From Tubiluchus corallicola (taxonomy: Eukaryota > Animalia > Priapulida), in the NCBI GenBank assembly GCA_030141605.1, contig JAQGDQ010000795.1, forward strand, positions 31,027-95,026: a stretch of DNA of 64,000 nucleotides, given 5' to 3'. The notes beneath the pieces are model-generated. The model saw only the letters and a program-made list of their open reading frames with translations, was not told the DNA's origin and did no database searches. The position numbers and the translations under genes were made by a program. Shown piece by piece: positions 13,690 to 26,100 of the stretch. Within the stretch, counting starts at the first letter, position 1. Each line of letters starts with the position of its first letter.

Positions 13690-13950
13690 TTATATCCAGT
13701 ACGGTTTTTAAAGGTTTGATCAACTGATCAGTAATCTTATCGACTCTTTTTGGCTTTAATAGATAGATGCCCCACTTGCTTCAACTAAGCAACTTGCAAT
13801 GCCCATAATATTCCTCAGAGAAGCTCAAACTTTCATAAGTTACACCACAAAAATCCATTACATTTGTAAACTTTAAAATTCGCACAAATATGTACCATCG
13901 TACCACATGTAGCTTATTAAAAGTTGGCATAATAATTACACCCTTCTTAC

Positions 13951-14212
13951 CTGTAACGTTTCGAGCACCTAGTCGTTAGAACAACTGAATATACATCACT
14001 ATAAAAACGTAATTATTATCCAGACGGACAAAAATCAGTCGCGTTCATTATCCAAGTGTTGTGAATGACTCGTCAGAGAAGATTAAATCTGCACAAGTTT
14101 ACAGAGTAGTACGTTGTTAAACGCTTGTTTACGAGGTGGCAAGAACACGTCATGCAGTGGCTAAACGGAAGTGCAGGACGCTTCGACAATTCAGTTGTAC
14201 AAGACGCGTCCT
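13951..14212 (-). promoter_or_regulatory. Mirror copy of the candidate SYK promoter and first exon
   Basis: Reverse complement of 18700-18961. Confidence 0.5.
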
Positions 14213-14511
14213 AGTATAGAATTAGGGTCAAAATAGTCTCGACGTTCAATTCTTATCTCGAATGTAAACCAATACATATTCACCGGGAAATTACGCTCGC
14301 TACTATCATATGTAAATAAGCGGTTCTACCCAAGTCACGTAGCAGAAGAGTATTGCACTGTATCTTGTTTTAATGCTACCCAAGAGGCATTCGTGATCTG
14401 TACACGCGCTTGTAACCTTTCACAAATCACCTCTAGGTTGTAGACCTGTAGGTAGATTTTGCTGTATGTATACTAATTTTATAGTATGAACTCACCGATT
14501 TGTAGGTTGAC

Positions 14512-16498
14512 TCTGCTGTTCAGGTACACGTGGGACAAGCCATTTAACCTCTCTACCCAGTTCTGCTGTTCAGGTACACGTGGGTCAAGCCATTTAACCT
14601 CTCTACCCCAGTTCTGCTGTTCAGGTACACATGGGCCAAGTCATTTAACCTCTCTATCCCAGTTCTGCTGTTCAGGTACACGTGGGGCAAGTCATTTAAG
14701 CTCTCTACCCCAGTTCTGCTGTTTAGGTACATGTGGGTCAAGTCATTTAACCTCTCTACCCCAGTTCTGCTGTTCAGGTACACGTGGGACAAGCCATTTA
14801 ACCTCTCTACCCCAGTTCTGCTGTTCAGGTACATGTGGGTCGTCATTTAACCTCTCTACCCCAGTTCTGCTGTTCAGGTACACGTGGGTCAAGCCATTTA
14901 ACCTCTCTACCCCAGTTCTGCTGTTCAGGTACACGTGGGACAAGTCATTTAACCTCTCTATCCCAGTTCTGCTGTTCAGGTACACGTGGGCCAAGTCATT
15001 TAACCTCTCTACCCCAGTTCTGCTGTTCAGGTACACGTGGGCCAAGTCATTTAACCTCTCTATCCCAGTTCTGCTGTTCAGGTACACGTGGGCCAAGCCA
15101 TTTAACCTCTCTACCCAGTTCTGCTGTTCAGGTACACGTGGGTCAAGTCATTTAACCTCTGTACCCCAGTTCTGCTGTTCAGGTACACGTGGGTCAAGCC
15201 ATTTAACCTCTATCCCAGTTCTGCTGTTCATGTACACATGGGACAAGTCATTTAAGCTCTCTACGCCAGTTCTGCTGTTCAGGTACACGTGGGTCAAGCC
15301 ATTTAACCTCTCTACCCCAGTTCTGCTGTTCAGGTACACGTGGGACAAGCCATTTAACCTCTCTACCCCAGTTCTGCTGTTCATACATGAGTCATTTAAC
15401 CTCTCTACCCCAGTTCTGCTGTTCAGGTACACGTGGGAGAAGCCATTTAACCTCTCTACCCCAGTTCTGCTGTTCAGGTACACGTGGGCAAGCCATTTAA
15501 CCTCTCTACCCAGTTCTGCTGTTCAGGTACATGGGGCGTCATTTCCTCTCACCCCAGTTCTGCTGTTCAGGTACATGGGCAAGCCATTTATCTCTACCCC
15601 AGTTCTGCTGTTCAGGTACATTGGGCTTTAACCTCTCTACCCCAGTTCTGCTGTTCAGGTACACGTGGGACAAGTCATTTAACCTCTCTACCCCAGTTCT
15701 GCTGTTCAGGTACATGTGGGTCGTCATTTAACCTCTCTACCCCAGTTCTGCTGTTCAGGTACACATGGGACAAGTCGTTTAACCTCTCTACCCCAGTTCT
15801 GCTGTTCAGGTACACGTGGGAGAAGCCATTTAACCCCTCTATCCCAGTTCTGCTGTTCAGGTACACGTGGGACAAGTCATTTAACCTCTCTACCCCAGTT
15901 CTGCTGTTCAGGTACACGTGGGTCAAGTCATTTAACCTCTCTACCCCAGTTCTGCTGTTCAGGTACACGTGGGACAAGCCATTTAACCTCTCTACCCCAG
16001 TTCTGCTGTTCAGGTACACGTGGGCCAAGTCATTTAACCTCTCTACCCCAGTTCTGCTGTTCAGGTACACGTGGGACAAGCCATTTAAGCTCTCTACCCC
16101 AGTTCTGCTGTTCAGGTACACGTGGGTCAAGTCATTTAACCTCTCTACCCAGTTCTGCTGTTCAGGTACACGTGGGACAAGTCATTTAACCTCTCTACCC
16201 CAGTTCTGCTGTTCAGGTACACGTGGGTCAAGTCATTTAACCTCTCTACCCCAGTTCTGCTGTTCAGGTACACGTGGGACAAGCCATTTAACCTCTCTAC
16301 CCCAGTTCTGCTGTTCAGGTACATGTGGGTCAAGTCATTTAACCTCTCTACCCCAGTTCTGCTGTTCAGGTACATGTGGGCCAAGTCATTTAACCTCTCT
16401 ACCCCAGTTCTGCTGTTCAGGTACACGTGGGACAAGTCATTTAACCTCTGTACCCCAGTTCTGCTGTTCAAGTACACGTGGGCCAAGTCATTTAACCT
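14512..16498. repeat. 51-bp minisatellite, ~39 copies
   Basis: Unit gttctgctgttcaggtacacgtgggwcaagycatttaacctctctacccca; gives 17-aa periodic ORFs in several frames. Confidence 0.98.
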
Positions 16499-16999
16499 GT
16501 TTTCGTTTTCAACAGACGTAGGCAGAGAATGGTGTGTGGCTTCTGGTGTGCTTGTAGACACTGGAATGATGACACCAATTGACAACAGTGAATATAATAT
16601 AGGAAACTGTTGTTTGTTAAATACTTTCAGAAGCTCTCATCAAAGAAGCATATACATGGTATTTTAAAAGTTTAACCCCAAAAAAGCATTTGAAAGAGAA
16701 AATATAACAAATAGAAATGCCAGAACATTAAATCAAATGTCGTTTATTCGTTAATTCATCAATTGTTCAATACGATCCATCAGACAGCTAGGAATGATAC
16801 AAAACGTGCATAATTTTTTTAAAATTTCAATGAATGGGGAACCCAGGCTGCCACCCCTGGACTCTGCTTGTTCCCAAATCGTAACTGAGCTTTTCTAACA
16901 GGAATTGTTGAATATTGATGAAATATATTTGTTTATACGGTATTTGTTTATGTTTAACTCTTGTATTTATTTTATATCTTTAACATCACAAAAGTAGCA

Positions 17000-17154
17000 A
17001 ATAATGCAGTACAACTTTTAATATATGAACTTTAATTACTGTTTATATAATGGAGTAAACCTATTAAGTATTTGCTTAAAATTGGTTTTATAGCAGTGAA
17101 TAAAACTAATTTTCACAACAAAAACTCATCATAACGATGAAGTAAGCCTGCAAC

Positions 17155-17200
<46 letters not shown>

Positions 17201-17645
17201 CAGTACAACTTTTAATATATGAACTTTAATTACTGTTATACTAATGGAGTAAACCTATTAAGTATTTTCTTAAAATTGGTTTTATTTGGCACTGAAAATA
17301 CCACGTGTTTATAGATCAAGCAGCACACATTGGGTTAACAATAATATTACTATTATAATTATAATTACTATTTTTATTACTTTTATTGTTGTTATTATTA
17401 TTATTAGTATTATTATTACTATTATTATTATTATCATCATCATTGTTATTATTATTATTATTTTGATGTTGAGATTAATAGAAGCAAGTGACTTTACAGA
17501 ATAATTGTAAATTTAATAATTAAAGTCAGTGTGATAATAAATAAATATATTTTTGGTTTGTTTCATTTTTGACTTTTAAGTCTATTATTCTTTCGGCACT
17601 GAAAATACCACGTGTTTATAGATCAAACAGCACACTTTGGGTTAA
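17000..17645. repeat. Local direct duplications with (AAT)n/(ATT)n microsatellites
   Basis: aatgcagtacaacttttaatatatgaac.. at ~17003 and ~17196; ggcactgaaaataccacgtg.. at 17288 and 17595. Confidence 0.8.
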
Positions 17646-17849
17646 TATTTTGCAGTGCAAGCGAAATTAAAACGTTTTTATAGTTGAAACAACACAACTT
17701 TATTAAAGCTTTTAACTATGTAAAGTAAAAATTTTAATAAAGTTTGGTTGTTTTAACTATAAATGTTTTAAGTGCCTGAAATAAAACAACTTTATTTGGA
17801 TTATTACGTGATTTTGTGATTGCTACTTTTGACAAAACGAAGCGGAAAC

Positions 17850-18260
17850 TTCTACAAGCAAATCATAAAGCTGAAATCGATGTATTTCAAAGGCGAAATT
17901 ACAGAAACATTTTGGGTATTAGATGGCCAAAGAAAATTTCAAACAAAGATCTATATGAAAAAATAAAAGAAGAACCCTGGAGGCCGTTTAAGATGGATTG
18001 GGCATATTGTTAGAGTACCTGATGATATTCCAGTGAAGACAGCTCTTGAACAAGCCATGGAACCGGCTAAAAAACCTGCAGGAGGACAAATGTTAACATA
18101 TTTAAATTTTGCACAGAAAGATTTAAACACTTCAGCATTGATCCTTAGAAACAAATGCACCTGGGACATTGCGACGAGCAGGGAGTCCTGGCATGGGGAG
18201 GTGAGCAGAATCATGTCACTGGGACGTATGATTCAGTGGAAGATGATGTACAAGCGCTAG
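17850..18260 (+). mobile_element. RTE-like LINE 3' fragment, frameshifted
   Basis: IDVFQRRNYRNILGIRWPKKISNKDLYEK..W / WIGHIVRVPDDIPVKTAL..ATSRESW, typical RTE-clade ORF C-terminus. Confidence 0.8.
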
Positions 18261-18360
18261 TCTCTTTTACTACTCGATAACAAACATTTTTAGCTACGCT
18301 TCGTCAAACTTGGAAAATGTTAAAAAACTTTTTGGGTTGAGACGCCTGGTGACTACAGTT

Positions 18361-18468
18361 CGGTGAGTTCATACTGTAAAATTTGTGTACAAACAGCAAA
18401 GTCAACCTACAAATCGGTGAGTTCATACTATAAAATTAGTATACATACAGCAAAATCTACCTACAGGT
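18361..18468. repeat. 54-bp tandem duplication at the palindrome junction
   Basis: cggtgagttcatact..cagcaaa..cctaca at 18361 and 18415. Confidence 0.9.
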
Positions 18469-18699
18469 CTACAACCTAGAGGTGATTTGTGAAAGGTTAC
18501 AAGCGCGTGTACAGATCACGAATGCCTCTTGGGTAGCATTAAAACAAGATACAGTGCAATACTCTTCTGCTACGTGACTTGGGTAGAACCGCTTATTTAC
18601 ATATGATAGTAGCGAGCGTAATTTCCCGGTGAATATGTATTGGTTTACATTCGAGATAAGAATTGAACGTCGAGACTATTTTGACCCTAATTCTATACT

Positions 18700-18961
18700 A
18701 GGACGCGTCTTGTACAACTGAATTGTCGAAGCGTCCTGCACTTCCGTTTAGCCACTGCATGACGTGTTCTTGCCACCTCGTAAACAAGCGTTTAACAACG
18801 TACTACTCTGTAAACTTGTGCAGATTTAATCTTCTCTGACGAGTCATTCACAACACTTGGATAATGAACGCGACTGATTTTTGTCCGTCTGGATAATAAT
18901 TACGTTTTTATAGTGATGTATATTCAGTTGTTCTAACGACTAGGTGCTCGAAACGTTACAG
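18700..18961 (+). promoter_or_regulatory. Candidate SYK promoter and non-coding first exon
   Basis: CpG-richer patch with ETS-like cacttccg, CRE-like tgacgt and tgacgagtca; strong donor acag|gtaaga at 18961/18962; the ATG exon has its own acceptor. Confidence 0.5.
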
Positions 18962-21900
18962 GTAAGAAGGGTGTAATTATTATGCCAACTTTTAATAAGC
19001 TACATGTGGTACGATGGTACATATTTGTGCGAATTTTAAAGTTTACAAATGTAATGGATTTTTGTGGTGTAACTTATGAAAGTTTGAGCTTCTCTGAGGA
19101 ATATTATGGGCATTGCAAGTTGCTTAGTTGAAGCAAGTGGGGCATCTATCTATTAAAGCCAAAAAGAGTCGATAAGATTACTGATCAGTTGATCAAACCT
19201 TTAAAAACCGTACTGGATATAATAGGGTTGTCAGAAAATTAGAAATACGACACACGCTACTATTCATACATATTATATAAGAAATTCTGAGTTTGTGAAA
19301 TCATTGCAAAATTCTTATTTAATAGAGACTATAATATTATAAAAATGTAAGGGACAATTTTGAAAGTTATAATTTAATACAAACAATACGGAAAATAAAA
19401 CTAAAAATTTATTTGGCCTGGAGAGCGAAACGGTAACCATAGCAACTGACCAAGTTGCAAACTGGCAGCAAACATGTCAGTTTTGTGTAAACATCTAGTA
19501 ATTCTAGTTTCCTCTTTGCATTGTGTTATTTTCAACAAGAGAATCTGAGAAAAACGTGTAATTACTTATAAAGTTATGGTTTGAAGAAACTAAAAAAAAA
19601 ATGAAATTTAGTTTTAAGATTTTATTCTGAAATGCCTACATAATCAGCGAAGTAGTGTCATGATGAAAAGCAGAAAAACAAGTGACCAAAACTACAGGTG
19701 GAATCAGTTAGATGTGAAAACAGGTTTAGAGATTATGCATTCCTTAAGACTGTAGAAGCCAATGAAAATTTAAACAGTAAAGAGAAAGCTTTAAAAATTT
19801 TAACAAGAACACCTGAAGGTGGCAGCGCCTATGCAAAATTTAAAAAAAGTATGATGACAACGCAATATAAATTTAAATTAAAATGATTTTGTTCTGTCCA
19901 AGTTACAACTAAGAACCGTAAAAAGGTAGTAAAAATATGTTTTCATTAGAAAATTCGAAAATGAACTAAATGTGGGACATATGGGTATCCCTGAAATATC
20001 AGTGTGGAACAGGGGACAAAATTATCACATATGGGACATGTCCCATATATAAGGGACATCAGGCAACCCTGTAAATGTGTAATAGTATATATACTATTAT
20101 ATATACTCTCTGCTAACAAATATTTAAAACAATTGAGTCAATCAGTGACACATGCCTCAGCTTTTCCACTAAAGTAACAGGAATGACACATGAACACGGG
20201 GACACATGAAATTAAGCAACACGAATATTTGCTAGTTCTGAAAGTATTTGGGAAGAAGATTTTCACTTCTAGTGTGCTGTTTAGAATAAAATACTGCAAA
20301 TTAATTTTTAAACGGATAGTTTCTGCCAAATCTAATGTAATGGAAAAGTTGAAAATGGGCACATAGGAAAAACTTTCACAGGAACTGATTTCAGCTTCAG
20401 TAGAAGTGTCTAAATCACTTTTCTGGCAACAAATACAACTGGAATAAGTCTCTTTCTTTGGTGTCTACCAGTCATGAGACAGTACTGCACCAGAAACGTG
20501 TTATTTAAAAAAATTATCCTGGGACAAAAATTGTACGTTCTGTGGAGAATGACCCATATGAAGTCATCAGGTCATGTCAGAAGAGCATCCTTGTTGCCAT
20601 TGTAATTAACCTTGGAAGAAACACTACAGTCTCACCTTGTCAAAACGCTCTCCCTCATAATGCCAATCTCGTTTAATTAACGCCGACTGTTTTAGCAAAA
20701 CAAAATGTCTGTATTCGTGTACATTAATGACATAAATGACATTAATGCATTTTGTTAATCAGCTCGCTTAACGACATCCTTTTTGTATTCCAGACTAGGT
20801 GGTATAAAGTTTTGAGTTCGTGAAAATCAATAAGCACCGGATAAAAAATAACGATAAACAAAGTACATATATAAATAATAGTCAAAAGTGATGACTGGAA
20901 GTAGCGTAACCTGTTACATGTTCCAGTGGTCAGAGTGACCAATGGCCATTGTTTTGTGCTATACCATTCTTTACAGTCTGGACATTTAGATTTGCAAAAC
21001 AGCCTGAAACATTTCACTGCGTGCAAGTACTGTGGTTCTGTAGCACTGTTTCCAAATTAATTTCTCTTACTTATGCCTGTCAGTATTAAGGGTGGCCATT
21101 CTCTACCGGAATGCGAATTCGAATCGAGTCGAATTTGTGACCTTTGAATTCGAATTGAACCGAATTTCGGTATTTCAAATTTCAACCGCATTCGAATTGA
21201 GTTTGAAAGATTTTCGAACAAGTTTTCGAATCTCTTGTAACAAGTGATCTTACAAAGATCGTGCATATTACTTGATTTTGTTCTGCAGCAAAGCTATTAT
21301 TGGTTTATTAAAAATTTGCACAGAAACTGCAGCGAAATTGTGCTAATTGCACGATGTTTCAAACATTTTAACGCTAACGAACGTATGTGGCCGAAGTGCT
21401 GAATTATTCGAATCTATGATTTTAGCTTCGAATCAAATTTGAATTAAAAAACTCGTTCGATGCTCACACCCTTGTATGCATATGTGTACAAATGAGTAAA
21501 AAAATGACTACAGTCAACCGTGGGTATAAGGTACTCGATCATGCGGGACACTCGCTCATAAGGGACCACCAACACCGGTCCCGATTTTTCGTAACATTTT
21601 TCATATGTAAAAATCTACGTATATAAGGTACTCGGATATAAGGGACTTTCAGTTATAAGGGACAATATCTTCAGGTCCCACGTAATAGAAACCCAGGTAA
21701 ATTATCTCGCATATAAGAGACCCTATGATCGATTTTAATCGATTTTTAACCTCAATTTTTCGCAAACTCCGTCTTCAAACAGCTCGGTTTCCGCGGTCAC
21801 CTACATCTCGCATCACTGAAGGAGCTTCCTACCTACCGTTTGCACTGAATCTGTAACAATAATCCATAAAAATATGGGAAGAGGTACAGAAAAGTACACG

Positions 21901-23011
21901 TCTAGATACACCCTCGATCTGACTCAACTTCGACTGTAAGGGACGGTTTTTTGCGGTCCCGGATGTCTCTTATATCCGAGGTTTACTATATTAATTTTTA
22001 GCAACATTAGATTATACCATTTATTTATTATTTATTAGGCACAAGAAATAAATAATAAATATATACATATACTACGACAGCTGGGTCATAAATTACACTA
22101 AAATATGCCTAATTACAAAAAACATCTACACAAACATATAACAACTGCAATCATTAAACTAATAAAATGCCTCAATTAAAGAATTAAAGCTTTAATAATA
22201 TAATAATGTTATACCGTATATACTCGCATATAAGCCGAATTTAGAACTATAAAATACAATACTGAAATCAGGGGGTCGGCTTATATGCGCATGAAACAAA
22301 ACGAACACAAGGACAGACACTAATGCCAATTTTCCAGCCACACATTTTCATCGCTATCTGACACTTTATTTGGTTGTGTGTCACAAGTGGTGTATTGGAG
22401 GGGATCAGACACTCTATAAGTTTGAGACAGAGACGATGAGGGTGGTAGTGACAATGATTTTGAAGGTTTCTAATTATTTTTAAGAACGTTAAATTATAAA
22501 CAGAAATGTTATAATTTTTTGTGAATAAATAGAAAACAAAATATTTTCTTCTTTATTCATATCAAAATGTATAATTTCTTCTATTTCTTCTAGTGTGTAA
22601 CATAAAAGTAATCATTTTACATCTTTATAGTAAAAAATTTCTATGAACCAAAAATACCCAATTAACAAAATGTGACAAAAAGGGATCAATTTTGTTGATT
22701 GGGTATGGAGTAAAATTAGACAAGTTGATGGTCGGCTTATATACGGGTTTTTGCAAAAACTGGCCATTTTAAAGCAGTTTTAGGGGGACGGCTTATATGC
22801 GATGTAGGCTTATATGCGAGTATATACGGTAGTTATAATTGGCTTTAATAATATAATAATGTTATAGTTATAATTGGCTTTAATAATATAATAATGTTAT
22901 AATTATAATTAAAATGATTGAAGTCAACAAAACTTGACACGTTCGACTACAGGAAAAACGTGGGAGGTTTCCTAATTATTTCTCGTTTTAACAGGAAGAG
23001 CAACTTCCGCC

Positions 23012-23193
23012 ATGCAGCCTCCGCCAAGAAGAGTCATCCCGCCGGAAGAGAAGACTTATTTTTTTGGAAAGAGGAGCAGGGCCGAGTCGGAACAGATACT
23101 GATAGAAAATCGGGCGGTAGACGGACTGTTTCTTCTTCGTCAGAGGCTTTTGGAATACGAACACTATGCTCTCTCCATGTGCTATGGGCATCA
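23012..23193 (+). CDS. SYK: SYK coding exon 1 (start codon, N-SH2 first half)
   Basis: Acceptor ttttaacag at 22994, ccgcc[51 protein letters not shown], donor gttagt. Confidence 0.9.
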
Positions 23194-26100
23194 GTTAGTA
23201 CAATGAGAAAACCCTCCACTTACATAGAGCTTAAAAAATTCGTCTTGAAATTTATGCCGCTTACATACTGCCTTTCTGCATGCAGGGCTTGCGTTGGCAG
23301 TAACGCTGTATAAAACATGTAAATTTAAACTTCCGTGATAACCATCAGGTGCAGCCATTTTGACGATAAGTCACTAACTAAGTAAAATTTTAAATTACTG
23401 TATCTTGTCAATAACGTTAACGATACCTTCTCTTGGCTAGTGAGTGACGCACCCTGGAGGGTAAGTCAGCGACATTTTGCCAATTGGCACAAACATTTTA
23501 AATTATTAGTCTAGTTACATAAGCCTTTCCAGCAGGTAAGGAAAATGCTAAGTAATATAACTTTGCATGGAAAGTTTTTTGGGACATAGTTTAATATTTC
23601 CTTTTCTTCACCTGATTTATGTTGTATATAGGTGACGTCATGTAATGGCGCCGTCGGAACAGTATCGCGAGAAATTTAAAATTGAAACAAAATATCATTT
23701 CAACTTGTGCACGATATACGCATAAAATTGCTGTAAAGTAGTGTGGATTTATTTTGAAATATTACCAATTAAAATGTTTTTTATTATAAGTTACTATTAG
23801 CAACTGATCTTATGCATCGGATAGTGGATTTATTTCTAACAGTTACAACATTAACAGGGATGAGAATTTTCCGCGGATACGCAGAATTCCCAGTTTTTGG
23901 AAGACCAGTAGTGCCATTTTTGAAAATCGCGTAAATTTGTTAAGAAAATTTTTACGGACCAGTACATTATTTCACAAACTGACCGCTAGTTGGCAGGCCG
24001 TCACTTTGTTTACATCACGTACATCAGTGTAACCACGTGTATATCTCTATGTATAAAAATATAGAATCAATTATGCGGAGTTATTTGAGTCAATTGCAGA
24101 CAGTTTTTATATACTTTTGCATAGGAGCGGCCAGTCCTTATTCATTTTTGAGACAATTAGGTATCATGTATCCTTGATAGTTGGGTATTTTAAATTATGC
24201 ATGAAACAAGGTAATTGATATTTTAAGTCTACTTAGAGGCTCTCTATGGTCACAAAATTGTAATTTGTTGCTGGTTCCAAGGGGTCTTCGCCCCCCTTGA
24301 ACTGCCATGGGGGCCTACGCGGCCCCCAAACCTCCAACCTGTTTCAGAGTTTTTTGCAATTTGTCATTCTCATCCCTGCATTAATAAACACGCGTTGTAT
24401 TTTCTAGGTTCTACCACTATGACATAAAGCAGTACGCAAACGGTTATTTCGGAATACAGAATGGAATAACATACCCGGGTCCCGTCGAGCTCACGGAACA
24501 TCTTCGAATGGACGACGGAGGATTAGTGACACCGCTAAGAATGCCGTGCGAAAGACAAGAGGGCGAACAACCGTTGGGACTGTTCAGAATGAGCATGACC
24601 GTGTCCGACCAGATGATCTTGGACGTAGCTGAGAAGATGGGCTTAGAGGTGATGAATCAGAACATGAGTATAACAGTAAACCGTAACACAGTGGATTGAC
24701 CAGGAAATTTAGAGTTTAGGCTCAGAGACTGCTGGCTGGTGCAGCGCAAGTAATCGGTGCAGTTGACTCCCGCTTGTTGGGATAAAGGCGAAGAAATTGA
24801 TGATCTAAATACTGCACTCCTTGGAGCTCTCATTGCAAATTTCAACTTCCCTACCATCGTCTGTGTTGCATTTAAAATTAACCCTGAAAAACACTACAGC
24901 CAAACGTCATTATAACACCAAACAATGCCAAGCTCATTTTGCGCCCACATTTTTGGCAAAACAAAACATCTATACAGTATGTCTTTGCTTAACGATGCTC
25001 GTGCGTTCCGGCAAAATGCAACGTTAAGCGAAATGCCGTTAAATGAAACCAAGACTTTCATAGAAAGTTTGTAAAAGAAGTGAGATACGTTCCAGAGGCA
25101 AAAATCAATGCTGCTTAAGTCAATTACTATTCATATTTTATATTATGAGTTTTATTCATATTTCTACTGATTAATTTCTTTTTGTTTGGTTGTAAGCACC
25201 TATTTTTCTTAGTAGAAGCCACCAATGACTAGCTAGACTTGCTTGCGGTCTCTTGAAAACTGTATATAGACAGCAGTTAAAAAATCGTCGTTAAAACGAA
25301 ACGTGCATCGTCAAGTGAGAAAAATGTGTCAAGTGTTCAGCAATATTAAAACGAAACGCCATTTAACAGGGAATCGTTAAGCGAGGACTCACTGTATTTG
25401 TATAGACATGTATGTATTAATGCAACTCGTTGTGATGCCAAATTCGCTTAACGCCGAATTTTTGTGGTCCAAATGGCATGGTATAAAGAGCTTTGACTGT
25501 AATTTAGATTGTGAAAATGAATAAGCATATTAAGCCTTTTCACAGTTCCAGCAATTGATGATAATCGTGAAAGTCAAAGGTTAAGTGTACCAGACAATGC
25601 ATTTGTGTACACTTGATAATGCCTCGCAGCCTAAGCTATTGTAATAGTAACAGTTTTAACAGTTAGCTAGAACCTTACCTAGTTCATTTTTTCTTGTTCC
25701 CAAGCAAGATCCTGCTAATAAATCAGTCTACGTACAGACTAATGGATAATTAAGTAATGTCCACAGAAAATAACTGATGTTACTGAACTGATGCAGCAGT
25801 TGTCTTTGTTTTACCCACACGTCACAGTTGTAGTTAAGACGCATTGCTATGATACACTTAGCCTTTGACCTGCAGGAACTGCACGTGCACACAATGAAAC
25901 TGCAAAAATGCTTATTATTGTACCGAAAGTTGGGGCTATAATTATGCAACACTGCGACTTGGCCCTGTGCCAGCTTGGCAATTTGATTTAATGTACTAAG
26001 ACAGAATGTAATAATGTATCTCAATGCAGTAAGATCAAATAACTATCACCTGCTTGTAATGAAGCAGAGCAATCGGTACACATTGCTTTCAACAATAAAT

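Larger units (their letters stand above)
1..14520 (-). repeat. Left arm of a >=14.5 kb inverted duplication (mirror of ~18392-32930)
   Basis: ORFs and sequence map as x to 32912-x (e.g. 13026..13214 vs 19698..19886; 1111..1365 vs 31547..31801); the sum becomes 32928 beyond the CA microsatellite at ~600-770. Confidence 0.98.

Noticed and set aside
14486-16667. Long 17-aa-repeat ORFs (up to 381 aa) and a CRISPR-like look
   Set aside because: Pure 51-bp tandem repeat open in several frames on both strands with 1-bp unit deletions; no unique spacers, no cas genes, eukaryotic context
19698-19886. 62-aa ORF present in both arms
   Set aside because: Lies in a hAT-like element, GTG start, no recognisable motif; duplicated only because of the palindrome
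22918-23313. 131-aa ORF and antisense ORFs overlapping the SYK start exon (and mirrors at 9599-9994)
   Set aside because: Shadow frames of the true SH2 exon at 23012-23193
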